A stretch of 64,000 nt of DNA. Origin: a virus. Its lineage: Duplodnaviria > Caudoviricetes. Below are positions 45,862 to 55,845 of the stretch, one piece after another. Below the pieces are notes generated by a model. That model was not told where the DNA came from. It saw only the letters and a program-made list of their open reading frames with translations, and did not search any database. The first letter of the stretch is position 1. Each line of letters begins with the position of its first letter. Position numbers and translations under genes: made by a program. The stretch spans positions 96,001 to 160,000 of IMG/VR virus record IMGVR_UViG_3300031998_000003; one strand, written 5' to 3'.

Positions 45862-46923
45862 ATGGAACTCGATATTTCAGCAATGATCGATAAAGTCGAG
45901 ACCTTTATCGAAGGTGGATGGAGAACTGATACATGTCTGACTGTTGGCGGAATGGCAGGCACATTGACGTTCAAAAATGTTCTGAATGCAATCGTCAAAA
46001 CTGTAGACTTCAACAAGATCATGATTGTTGATGGGTGTAGAGACTATATCGGTCTAGCAAGAAGATCGGTACCAAACTACCTCTTCTACCAAGATCTGTT
46101 TCGTCACATGCCTTCTCCTGATTTGATTGATCTGGTGGATCCTATGCGTGTTCGGGTTGTATTCCCGAAAGAGGGTCATATCCTGTACTTCAATATGAAT
46201 ATGGTGAAAAACTTCGACGTGATGTTGGTCAACAACGCACAGCTGATACCGTATGAGTATATGAAAATGATCAAGACACAATTCTGTGGAAAGCTGGTTC
46301 TGATTGTGGATCCATTTGAGATTCATGCAGAGAATTATGCTAGAGAAGATTATGTGACTGACGTATTGTCAAAACAATCAATGAACATTGCATTTGCCAG
46401 AAGTCTGTTTGATGTTGAAACACGAGCTATTGATCGTAAGGTTCGTTGCAGCTGTGAACAGATCAAAATGGCTAGACGTTCCATAGGTAAAGCTGATACG
46501 AAGCAGTACATCACAAATTCAGATGCGGTGCTGAATGAAGTGCGTGAAAAGCAATATCGTATCGGTGCAGCCAGACGGAATATGAGATTCGTTCTAAAGG
46601 AGGATTACATCACGTTCTTACCGGACCAGGATGAACGTTTGATTACTCTCGGTCCACAGACGATGTTTTCTGTCATGTCTGTTACAAAGACTCTGTTGAA
46701 GTTGCGGATTCATTCAACGCAGTCTCAGATTTGGTCTTCGATTTCATATAAACCGAAGACTGGTGGTTTGTATGTCGAACCAGCAAATATCATATCATTA
46801 GATCAAGCAGTACATCACCGATTTAAAGACGTGGTAATGGTATTGGGCGAAGAGCCCATGACAAAACGACAGTGGTATACACTGTTGAAAATCGCCAACA
46901 ATATTTCTATTGTAAATTTCTGA
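45862..46923 (+). CDS. degenerate RecD/Dda-like SF1B helicase homolog
   Basis: TVGGMAGTLTF, MLVNNAQLI, LIVDPFEI and ANIISLDQA...WYTL..A fall in the order of SF1B motifs I, II, III, V and VI. Confidence 0.5.
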   Translation: MELDISAMIDKVETFIEGGWRTDTCLTVGGMAGTLTFKNVLNAIVKTVDFNKIMIVDGCRDYIGLARRSVPNYLFYQDLFRHMPSPDLIDLVDPMRVRVVFPKEGHILYFNMNMVKNFDVMLVNNAQLIPYEYMKMIKTQFCGKLVLIVDPFEIHAENYAREDYVTDVLSKQSMNIAFARSLFDVETRAIDRKVRCSCEQIKMARRSIGKADTKQYITNSDAVLNEVREKQYRIGAARRNMRFVLKEDYITFLPDQDERLITLGPQTMFSVMSVTKTLLKLRIHSTQSQIWSSISYKPKTGGLYVEPANIISLDQAVHHRFKDVVMVLGEEPMTKRQWYTLLKIANNISIVNF

Positions 46924-46935
46924 GGTGTAGTTGAT

Positions 46936-47565
46936 ATGAGACGGAAAATGCTAAAGAACGAATGCAATGTCTTCCGAAAAACTGTTCCACGGTTGTTTGA
47001 AATGATCTGCTCAATGGACAAAATGATGACAAAAATCATTGGACGTGAAAGTTATTCATTTGATCAAGTCACTGTTATTGAAAAGATGACTTATGACGTA
47101 ATCGCAGTGTCTTGCGTGTATCGTGATAATTTCTTCTTTAATAAGGTCAAACTGGGATCGTTAAATGCATCACTTTCAGGATTATCTGATATCGTTGGTG
47201 ATCTGGAAAAAGTTGCCAGAGAAGCTGATGGACTGGCAGTCACGATTCGTGATTCCATAAAACTCTATCAGCAAAACGAAGATCATATTGAAAAACCTGA
47301 TAATTTTGAGTTTAAACTCCTACAGCTCGATATGCAATTAGGCGAGAAGTTTTTTGAAATTCGAAGAGCTTACTTGATGATTCGCTCATTATTAATGGAT
47401 TTAAGATTCATTGTCATGCGGGATTACACCAGGATCCTAATGGGCGTTGATCTGATTCAGGAATATAAGCGTTCTCAAAAAGGGGCTCGACGAATTGTAA
47501 TAAAAGCTTTACCGCTTGAAGAATTTGCAAAATTGAACCATAAAGGAGGAGATTCTGATGAATGA
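46936..47565 (+). CDS. hypothetical protein
   Basis: GAGGTG RBS. Confidence 0.7.
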   Translation: MRRKMLKNECNVFRKTVPRLFEMICSMDKMMTKIIGRESYSFDQVTVIEKMTYDVIAVSCVYRDNFFFNKVKLGSLNASLSGLSDIVGDLEKVAREADGLAVTIRDSIKLYQQNEDHIEKPDNFEFKLLQLDMQLGEKFFEIRRAYLMIRSLLMDLRFIVMRDYTRILMGVDLIQEYKRSQKGARRIVIKALPLEEFAKLNHKGGDSDE

Positions 47566-49318
47566 TGATCAGTTGGCTTTGGCTGCTGGTTACGAGCGTG
47601 TATATGATTATACGCAGTACAGTCATGAGAATCATGTAAACGTCATCCCGGAAGAAGCATTTGACCGACTCGTCAAAGACACATTCTCAACAATCGCCGA
47701 TACTCTTCGCAAAACGTATGGTCCGTATGCATCAACGGTTCTGATCTCTGAAATGAATGAGATGAGTGCAACCAAAGACGGATACAACGTGTTTAGCGCA
47801 ATATCATTCAGTCAGCCGTACAAGCAGATGGTTTACCGCACCATCAAAAAGATCATCGACGACGTGAATGAAAATGTCGGTGATGGCACAACTTCGTGTA
47901 TCCTGCTGGCTGAAAAGATGTACGGCGAGATCAAGAAGACTCTGACCACGGTTGAACACAAGATGCAGATTCTTTCTGTTCTTACAAACATTGAGAACTA
48001 TCTCAAGGATCGGACGTTCGTGGAAAAAGACACTGAAGCCGGAATTATTAAGCCGCTGACTCGGAAAGCACTGGATCGATTGATCAATGTTGCTGACAAC
48101 TACGACTCGGAACTCGCGCAAATTGTCTATGATGCATTGAATCCAAAGTTCGATAACGACACGGATGAAGATGCAGCGGTTACAGACATCAACAATGTTG
48201 TTGTTAAGAGTTTCATAACACGTGATATTTCATGTGCTTCTACAACATACAAAGTTGATCATTTGCCGGGTGATTACCGCATTAACTGCTATATCGAAAA
48301 TGAGGATATGCGTTGGTGGTATTCTGAGGGTCGTGATGTAAATGTCGCGATTTACGATCACAAGTTCGGTGATTCCGATTGGGATTTCTTCATGAACAAA
48401 TACGATCTCGTCACACCGACGTTGATTATCGCCAGAGACTTCAACAAGGAATTCCTTGAGACGACATTCGTGAGATGGCATCGTCAACGGGCTATCGCAG
48501 ATAAGGATCATGGAGCACCGATGACATTCTGTATCATTAAGAGTGATACGCTAAAGGATGATATCGCTGACTTGGCTGCTGCACTTGGAACATCTCCGAT
48601 CGGAATGAAGTCTGTTGCACTGGATCATAGTCTGCTTCCGAAAGTTCATGCTCAGCTGTATGATCACACGATCATGTGCTTTAACATGAATGCTATTCCA
48701 ACGGAATATATTCGGGCGCTGAAATATGAAATGGATGCGGATACACGAAACAGTATGGTTATCAACAAACTGTATCGTGCACGTATTCGTGCGTTGGAGA
48801 ACACTGCAAATGACACCCTGGTCACAATCACATCAGCATCATCTCTTGAATCCAAGATGATTGGTGATAAGGTTGAAGACTGTTTGGCAATAGCTTCTTC
48901 AGCAATGGAATATGGCATCGTTCCAAATCTGTTTGCGTACGGCTATCATCGTATTGATCAGTATCAGTCCATGCATGAAGATGATCCGATTGTTGAGTCT
49001 GTAACACATGCGATTCTAATTTCTATCCATGGTTTGTTTGAAGAAATTTTCAGGTCAAAACACGGTGATAATTATCAGGAACGCTGCAGGGCGATTCAAG
49101 ATGAGATCTATAAGGATCCGTCATGCTCATTTGATATCAAACGTGAAGCATATACTGAAATCGAGGAATTCCCGACATCTGCACAGTATGACCTTGAGGT
49201 GATCTCGGCAACCATCGAGATTGTGAAGTATCTGCTGACATCTCGTGCATGTGTATTTGACGGAAATCTTCTGAAACCTACAGACGACACAGGGCGATAT
49301 GTACCAATCGGAATGTAA
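47558..49318 (+). CDS. groEL: phage chaperonin, GroEL-like
   Basis: TYGP, TKDGY, VGDGTTS, C-terminal D...SA...GIVP. Confidence 0.9.
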   Translation: MNDDQLALAAGYERVYDYTQYSHENHVNVIPEEAFDRLVKDTFSTIADTLRKTYGPYASTVLISEMNEMSATKDGYNVFSAISFSQPYKQMVYRTIKKIIDDVNENVGDGTTSCILLAEKMYGEIKKTLTTVEHKMQILSVLTNIENYLKDRTFVEKDTEAGIIKPLTRKALDRLINVADNYDSELAQIVYDALNPKFDNDTDEDAAVTDINNVVVKSFITRDISCASTTYKVDHLPGDYRINCYIENEDMRWWYSEGRDVNVAIYDHKFGDSDWDFFMNKYDLVTPTLIIARDFNKEFLETTFVRWHRQRAIADKDHGAPMTFCIIKSDTLKDDIADLAAALGTSPIGMKSVALDHSLLPKVHAQLYDHTIMCFNMNAIPTEYIRALKYEMDADTRNSMVINKLYRARIRALENTANDTLVTITSASSLESKMIGDKVEDCLAIASSAMEYGIVPNLFAYGYHRIDQYQSMHEDDPIVESVTHAILISIHGLFEEIFRSKHGDNYQERCRAIQDEIYKDPSCSFDIKREAYTEIEEFPTSAQYDLEVISATIEIVKYLLTSRACVFDGNLLKPTDDTGRYVPIGM

Positions 49319-49404
49319 AGGAATGGGCGGCTTCGGCCGCCCAATTCTAATTTCAATTTCCGATGAACAGAATAATACAATTTTTAGATTCGGTGGTGAA
49401 AATT

Positions 49405-50647
49405 ATGCCTCGTAAAACATTGAAAGCAAATATTTGGAGAAATATTGCTTCTGTGCTGTCTTCCGATAATACCCAATGGAAATCCGCAAAGAATATCGTG
49501 CTGTTTGCGCGTGTTATATCGGTATATCCATCTAAGAACCCGTTGTATTCTGTATGTGAAAGATTGATTCATTTCACAGAACAGAATATTCGTTCGGTGT
49601 CACTCGTGATTGAAACAATGCGTGAAGAAGGAGAAGACCCTGAAATCATATCGCTGATTGAATCATTGCGAGAGAAGCCGACGATCACAACTTCTGCAGA
49701 AGTATTGCGGTTGTGTACGGTTCTTGCTGATTATGTAAAGTATGCAAAGGTACTGAAAGTCAAGGATTCGTTCTTGGGGTCTCTTGATCTGATTGATGAA
49801 GACGATGCGAACATCAAGGAATCTGTTGATAAAGTCTATAAGCTTGCAGTCGAGATTGTGAATGCTTATGATTCTGCTGCGTATCATGAGGTCGCACATT
49901 CATTCGACACGAATAATCTGGAGCAGATGCGTAATGTTATGGCAGATGCAAAGGATTCTCGTTCAGCAGATAAGACAATCATTACCGGTATTCGAGGATT
50001 GAACAATCTCTTGTCACCCGGGTACTTGTCAGGATGCTTGTATATTTATGCAGCATTACCTGGGTGCTACAAGAGTGGTATCCTACTTGAGTCACATGTT
50101 GACACTTGTAAGTACAATGAGCATATCAAGAATACGACAAACGGAAAGACACCAATATCAATGTATATCTCTATGGAGAATACAATGACACAGACGGTTC
50201 GTCGTCTATGGGCAATCCTATTTCCAAATGCTGACTTGTCAATGTTTACAGTTGATGAGACAATTGAAATGATCGAACGCGAATTGACATCTAAGGGATT
50301 TCGATCTGTGATTCTGTATTACGGATACAGAGAGAAATCGACAGCAGACCTGTATGAGATCATCCGTGGTTATAACGACGATAAGCACGTTGTCGTCGCA
50401 TTGTATCTCGATTATATCAAGCGAATTCGTTCTGCACGTACAGATGCTGCAGCAATGCAGTCTGAGAAGTCTGAGCTGCACGCAATTATGAACGAATTGA
50501 AAACCATTGCATCTCAATTTGATATTCCTGTCGTGTCAGGACACCAGTTGAATAGAGCAGCTGCTCAAGCGATTGATGATATCCGTAGACAAGGTGGATT
50601 CAATAAAGCTTCTGAAGCTCTTGGCAGATCCCATATCGGAACTGCGT
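49405..50647 (+). CDS. dnaB: DnaB-like replicative helicase, exon 1 (alternative start 49363)
   Basis: ALPGCYKS Walker A, YISMEN, YLDYI, PVVSGHQLNR. Confidence 0.88.
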
Positions 50648-51153
50648 AAAATCTTGCGCCTTGATGTAGTAATACATCTCGAAAAACCTTTTTAATTGCT
50701 GGGAACTCGTAACGAAATGTCGGGATGACAATGTCAGAGAATCAGCAGCCAAGTTACCATCAAGACCCCTACAATGAAAGGGGTTGATATGTTATGACTG
50801 ATTGAATTTCATGTTACTGAAAACACTTTGCGCAATATTATATCAAAGCGAACTTATCGATCCATATCTGATAAATACTTTGATAAAAACACAATTCGGT
50901 CTTGATGGTAAAAGGTTCAACGACTATCGAAACTAACGGTGTTAATCACCAAATAAGTCAATACATTCGTATTGACGAAAGGAGTAGAGTAGCGCCAAGT
51001 GGTTCGGGTGTAGAGTAATCATCTAGTAATTCCCGATTAAAGCGAAATGGAAGGGGTCTCACAAGAGATCGTGATATAGTCTGACCATCCATTGTAATGA
51101 TGGAGAAGTTCATAAGAGAACTGCATGGATTAACGACCCATGTGAACATAGTG
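50648..51153 (+). mobile_element. group I self-splicing intron in dnaB
   Basis: P1 GCGT/GCGC with U.G pair; AATTGCTGGGAA; AATCAGCAGCCAAG; GTTCAACGACTA; GATATAGTCT; terminal G; P10 AATCTT/GAGATT; splicing restores the frame (GTA-W-EIMEVAD). Confidence 0.92.
50789..50905 (+). pseudogene. deleted homing endonuclease remnant inside the intron
   Basis: RBS and ATG followed by a broken frame, then FHVTENTLRNIISKRTYRSISDKYF (HTH-like tail). Confidence 0.5.
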
Positions 51154-51410
51154 GGGAGATTATGGAAGTTGCAGACTGGTTGGCAGAAATGAATATTGAG
51201 AATAATGGTGAAACAAAGATGTTGTATATCGATGCGGTGAAGCAAAGAGATGTTGACTCGAATGGTACCGATGTTCGTATCACTACGATTCGTCATCCGT
51301 TCTTGTCACCTGAATCATTTGCGTTGCGCACAGATATCAATGAGAATTGCTCGATATCTATCCCAGTCTATCACGGACAACAACAGATCAATTACATGGC
51401 GAATATTTGA
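51154..51410 (+). CDS. dnaB: DnaB-like helicase, exon 2
   Basis: EVADW...KQR (arginine finger region); in frame after splicing. Confidence 0.88.
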
Positions 51411-51493
51411 TTCACAAACGTGTATATTATTAATTTGACAAAAGGCCACAATGTGGTATCTGGCGTCGAATATTTTAAGAGGAGGAACATCCA

Positions 51494-52153
51494 ATGATTG
51501 AGACCTATCAGAGGAATGTGCTCAGTCCGAATGCAACGGTCGACTATGCATCAGAGATGATGCAGCGTTACAGACCGGAAAACCTGCAGTGCGAACCCAT
51601 GATTGGGTTGCGGGTTTTGCTGAAGGATCTCAATGCACGCGTGACAGATCCGAAGACCAGACTGTCACAGATCGATGCCTACATGGGCGTCAATGCGAAT
51701 TGCGGAGGTGTGCTCCGTGGCACAGGCTGTATTCTCAGAGAGACGATGCCTAATGAGATGCAGGATGGGCTGTGGCTGATCACCTTCCCGGTTCCTACAT
51801 CGGTTCTGATGCAGATTCTCTCGAACATGTCAAATGTACTGACATTCATGCGTGAAAATCTCGGTATCGAATCAACCGAGGTGATTGAGATTAATGCATC
51901 TGGCAGGTGTCCTGTCGCGGAAGAAAGCAATCGTCTCGGTATGGTACAGATTGTGCCGCCGTATAACATGGTGCTTGCTCCGCCGAACAACAGCCCGTAT
52001 AAAATTGGGCATATCACCAGAATCAACGACATGTTTGCTCTGTTGCGAACACGTTGGGATTGGTCTAAATTCCGTGTACCGGGAAAGATCGATTACCACG
52101 TAAACGACATCATGTTGCTTTCTCAGCTGATGGTAAACATGTTCGTCAGATAA
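51494..52153 (+). CDS. hypothetical protein
   Basis: GAGGAGG RBS; promoter motif at about 51421. Confidence 0.7.
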   Translation: MIETYQRNVLSPNATVDYASEMMQRYRPENLQCEPMIGLRVLLKDLNARVTDPKTRLSQIDAYMGVNANCGGVLRGTGCILRETMPNEMQDGLWLITFPVPTSVLMQILSNMSNVLTFMRENLGIESTEVIEINASGRCPVAEESNRLGMVQIVPPYNMVLAPPNNSPYKIGHITRINDMFALLRTRWDWSKFRVPGKIDYHVNDIMLLSQLMVNMFVR

Positions 52154-52172
52154 AAACAAGGAGGAACACACA

Positions 52173-52817
52173 ATGAACATTTACAACACAAATCCAGAGT
52201 GGAATCCGGACTATCCGGTTCCGAACGGGTATGGCTTCGAGCAGTATTGCTATCAGCAGGCCGCTCCGTCAATGGAGTATTATTATACCGGCCAGAGCAT
52301 CTATCCGGTTAATAATGATCCGTATTCCCGCCGTAATCAGCCGACTTCAGCACAGCAGCCGGCACCGTTTGCTCAGTCGAATGGTATTCCGCAGGCTCCG
52401 GCGGCAGGCTGGGGTTTCAATCAGCTTGCTGAAGCACGTCGCATGCAGCAGCCGATGGCACCTGCACCTGGATTCGCTGCACCGCAACCGCAACAGTATC
52501 AGAATCCGTGGGGAGCACCGGCTCAGGTCAACTTCGCTGCAAGTCCTTGGGATGCTGCTCCACAGATCGGTTATTCGTCTCCGGCTCCGTACATTGATCC
52601 GGCTTATGTGAATGCGGCGATGGCTCATCAGAATGCATTCTCTGTTCAGCCGATGTTCAATGCACCTGTGGCTCCGGCGATTGACTGGACTAACAAGAAT
52701 TCTTACGCTGTTGACACGGCTAAGTATGAACCGGTTCAGTTTCAGCAGGTAGCTCAGATTCCTGTTCAGCAGAATCTGCTTGATCAGGTAAAGATGAACT
52801 TTGCTGATCACAAGTAA
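52173..52817 (+). CDS. Q/P/A/Y-rich low-complexity protein
   Basis: AAGGAGG RBS; composition. Confidence 0.7.
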   Translation: MNIYNTNPEWNPDYPVPNGYGFEQYCYQQAAPSMEYYYTGQSIYPVNNDPYSRRNQPTSAQQPAPFAQSNGIPQAPAAGWGFNQLAEARRMQQPMAPAPGFAAPQPQQYQNPWGAPAQVNFAASPWDAAPQIGYSSPAPYIDPAYVNAAMAHQNAFSVQPMFNAPVAPAIDWTNKNSYAVDTAKYEPVQFQQVAQIPVQQNLLDQVKMNFADHK

Positions 52818-52836
52818 TTGAAAAGGAGGGTTCCGT

Positions 52837-53694
52837 ATGCAAGTGAACTTTCGTTCCAGACTTGCGGAACTTCCTACAGAAGTGCGAGAGGGTTTGGCAG
52901 AGGTGTCATATCAGATCGGTATGACACCTACTGCTAGACGTAATCGGTGTATTGACGTACTCAAGAAATGGGACATTCCGTTCAAAGACATTGGGACTGG
53001 AACCAATCGATTTATTATCAGATATTCTGGATTCGCGGTTAAAATCGCACTTGACAGAGAGGGTGTCGCGGATAATAAACAAGAGATGGTAATGTCTCCA
53101 GCACTGTCACCACATGTGGCAACAGCTCATGAGATTACGAAAGGCGGCCACCTATTGGTGGCCGACTATGCACCGGCTTTTACCTCTTATTCGGAATTCA
53201 TTATGTATCGAAGCAAGATCGCAAGAATTCTCGAAAGCTGGGGTGGAAGATTCCTCTTGGGTGATGTAGGAATCACCAGTGTCAACTACGCAAACTGGGG
53301 AATATTTCATGGAGAACCTGTATGCATTGATTATGCGTACATCTTTCCCGCATCCATGGATCTATTCACTTGTGTTTGTGGATGCAAACATATGACATTT
53401 ACAGATACGACATTCACACAATATCAGTGTGGTAACCCGAATTGCAAGATGCAGTATACAGATAGAGAGCTTCGCAATCGTATCTCTCAGGATGAGAGAC
53501 TGAAGCTGTTCGCGAATGTATCTCAGAATGCAATTGAAATGACGAGTCCGAATAAACTTGTTGAGGTCGAGGATTATCTGGTGCATCAAGATGTAGATCC
53601 TGATATGCCTGATCCGTATGAGACAATGGATGCTATGATCCAGATGTTTGGATATCCGAGCGACATTCATAATATCGAAGGAGGCAAATGGTAA
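52837..53694 (+). CDS. protein kinase-like protein with Zn ribbon
   Basis: IGTGTNR, AVKIA..E, GDV....NWG, IDYA; CVC..C...C. Confidence 0.65.
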   Translation: MQVNFRSRLAELPTEVREGLAEVSYQIGMTPTARRNRCIDVLKKWDIPFKDIGTGTNRFIIRYSGFAVKIALDREGVADNKQEMVMSPALSPHVATAHEITKGGHLLVADYAPAFTSYSEFIMYRSKIARILESWGGRFLLGDVGITSVNYANWGIFHGEPVCIDYAYIFPASMDLFTCVCGCKHMTFTDTTFTQYQCGNPNCKMQYTDRELRNRISQDERLKLFANVSQNAIEMTSPNKLVEVEDYLVHQDVDPDMPDPYETMDAMIQMFGYPSDIHNIEGGKW

Positions 53695-54455
53695 TGCATT
53701 ATAAAAAATTTATGAAATGTGCAACAACCGGCGGTAAGCCGGTTGACACGTCAGCTTATGACGAAGCCATTCGTGAACTGAAAAACGAGAATGCAAAGCT
53801 TCAGGCTGAACTCTCTGCAAAGCCAAAGGAAGTTGAAGTTCCAACTCAGACATACCTGCGTGATGAAACTGAAGTCAATGAGATCGTTACGATTCTTGAT
53901 GATTTCGGTGAGAAGTATTTCTCTGATATTCCGATTGGAGATATACCCGGCCCAATGCTGTTCAACATTCCGAACACACTTCTGAAGAGTATCAGATTTG
54001 TTTGGGAACGTAGAGATGTATATCCGGATATCCTTAATCCCGCAATGATGCTTTATCTGCTTTGCACTCCTGATCCTGCAGCCGCTATCGGAAGATATCT
54101 TCAGCTCATCAAAAAGCAGATGGATGACAATGCGCAAGCCATCCAGGAAGACGCTGCGATCTATCTGGAGTCTTTGACTGAGGAACCTGCTTTTCAAAAT
54201 GGCAGTGATGAAGACAATGAGGACGAAGCCGGTAATGTTGCATCTCCCGGTGAATATCTTGAACAAGATCGTGAGTTCGACAGAGCCTTGATCGAGGGTG
54301 TTCCTGTCGATGAGGACGATGATCGTGATGTCCCGGACGAAGCAGACTTCCCAACCGTCAATCCGGACGAGGTTGATGTAATCGTGGAGGGAGACTACGA
54401 AGTTGTTGCGATTAACCCTGCTCAGGAGAATGGAGAGATACCTTATGATGAATAA
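53694..54455 (+). CDS. hypothetical protein, coiled coil plus acidic tail
   Basis: AAGGAGG RBS. Confidence 0.7.
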   Translation: MHYKKFMKCATTGGKPVDTSAYDEAIRELKNENAKLQAELSAKPKEVEVPTQTYLRDETEVNEIVTILDDFGEKYFSDIPIGDIPGPMLFNIPNTLLKSIRFVWERRDVYPDILNPAMMLYLLCTPDPAAAIGRYLQLIKKQMDDNAQAIQEDAAIYLESLTEEPAFQNGSDEDNEDEAGNVASPGEYLEQDREFDRALIEGVPVDEDDDRDVPDEADFPTVNPDEVDVIVEGDYEVVAINPAQENGEIPYDE

Positions 54456-55815
54456 CAATAATGACAATAAGAATATTAAGTTCACTGGAGACCCCGTCGC
54501 ATTTGACGGGGTCGAAGGCAAACGTGATCCGAAGACCGGAAAAGGCCGCTTTGATCTGATTCCGGAAGAAGTATACTATCCGCTGTTCTCGAAAGCGGAT
54601 CATGATTGGTTGCTCGACTGCCATCCCGCATCCATTCTGATGTCAATCGCGGATGAAAAATTCGTTGAAGCAATCATCAAAATGACTATCTATTCATATG
54701 CTGAACATAATGAAGATTATGCTGCTTCGAGTTCGGAGTTCTGGAATGGTGTATGGCCGATGCTTCAGGATCTAGCTATTCACTTCCAGAAGGGGGCCGA
54801 ACACTACGGTGAGAGAAACTGTCAGAAGGGCATCCCGCTCTGGAGCTTCAAAGATTCTGCAATGCGTCATGCCTCACAGGTATTCGAAGGTAAGAAAGAT
54901 GAGCCACATGCGATCTCTGTTATCTGGAACTGCTGGATGGCAGAGTGGACCGTACTTCATGAGAAGACTAAGGAAAAGATCGGTCCTTATACCGTTAAAG
55001 TTCTGAAGGCTCGAACTCCGGAAGAGATCGAAGCAGCCAAATCAGCAGCATCTACACCGGAACTCAAGGCAATGAAACTGCAGTCGGCGCTGAAAGAAGT
55101 CCGAGAAGCTGGTTATCTTGTCATACAACCGACGGCGGACCTTGATACCAATGATCTGATCAATTATGTTTCAGAGCTTCTTACAAAGAAACGCAGGGAA
55201 CTCAAAAAGCGGATGTTCACTTGCGTTCCTACGACGCCGGAATATCGGGCATACAATAATGAGCAGCAGAAACTGAAACGGGTCAACAATGCGATTTATA
55301 CAGCTTTCGTTTCCACATCATCAGATACTGATGACAAACCCGAGATTACAAAAGAGCATGTAGAGAACAATATCGATGAAATGCGACAGATAATGGCTGA
55401 TCTGATGAAAATCGCAGAGGAAAATGAAGTTCCGATCATCACAGCCATTCAGCATTTCTATACTCGTGAGGAAGCCATCGAAGATTCCCTGACGAAAAGG
55501 GAGAATATCAAAACGATCATCCAGACCATCGTCAAGAAATTCGGCGCCCCCGGCGTCTGTGACATCATCGGAGCACTGGATGAATTTGACTGGTGTAAGG
55601 GTGGCGTATTCAGCAATTGGTTTTCTAAATTCATGGACACACAAGAAGGAAAAGAACGTGCGATGGTATGGTATTCTCCGATATATCTGTTCAATGAGTT
55701 AATTGAACGAGTGACGGAACAACAGGGCCAACATGACTACCATGATTTTGTTCCGTTGCTGCTACAGCTTAACTCAGCATACACTGAGTTCCTGGATAAT
55801 AATGACAAGTCATAA
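54445..55815 (+). CDS. dATP/dGTP diphosphohydrolase domain (DUF5664-like) with C-terminal extension
   Basis: GKRD..GKGRFDLIP...GAEHYGERNCQKGIP...DSAMRH...DEPH...WN. Confidence 0.75.
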   Translation: MMNNNNDNKNIKFTGDPVAFDGVEGKRDPKTGKGRFDLIPEEVYYPLFSKADHDWLLDCHPASILMSIADEKFVEAIIKMTIYSYAEHNEDYAASSSEFWNGVWPMLQDLAIHFQKGAEHYGERNCQKGIPLWSFKDSAMRHASQVFEGKKDEPHAISVIWNCWMAEWTVLHEKTKEKIGPYTVKVLKARTPEEIEAAKSAASTPELKAMKLQSALKEVREAGYLVIQPTADLDTNDLINYVSELLTKKRRELKKRMFTCVPTTPEYRAYNNEQQKLKRVNNAIYTAFVSTSSDTDDKPEITKEHVENNIDEMRQIMADLMKIAEENEVPIITAIQHFYTREEAIEDSLTKRENIKTIIQTIVKKFGAPGVCDIIGALDEFDWCKGGVFSNWFSKFMDTQEGKERAMVWYSPIYLFNELIERVTEQQGQHDYHDFVPLLLQLNSAYTEFLDNNDKS

Positions 55816-55845
55816 ATATATCATTATTCAGAAAGGAGTGATCGT

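Noticed and set aside
49363-50649. Truncated dnaB pseudogene or stop-codon recoding
   Set aside because: The TAA spans the 5-prime splice junction and splicing restores the frame
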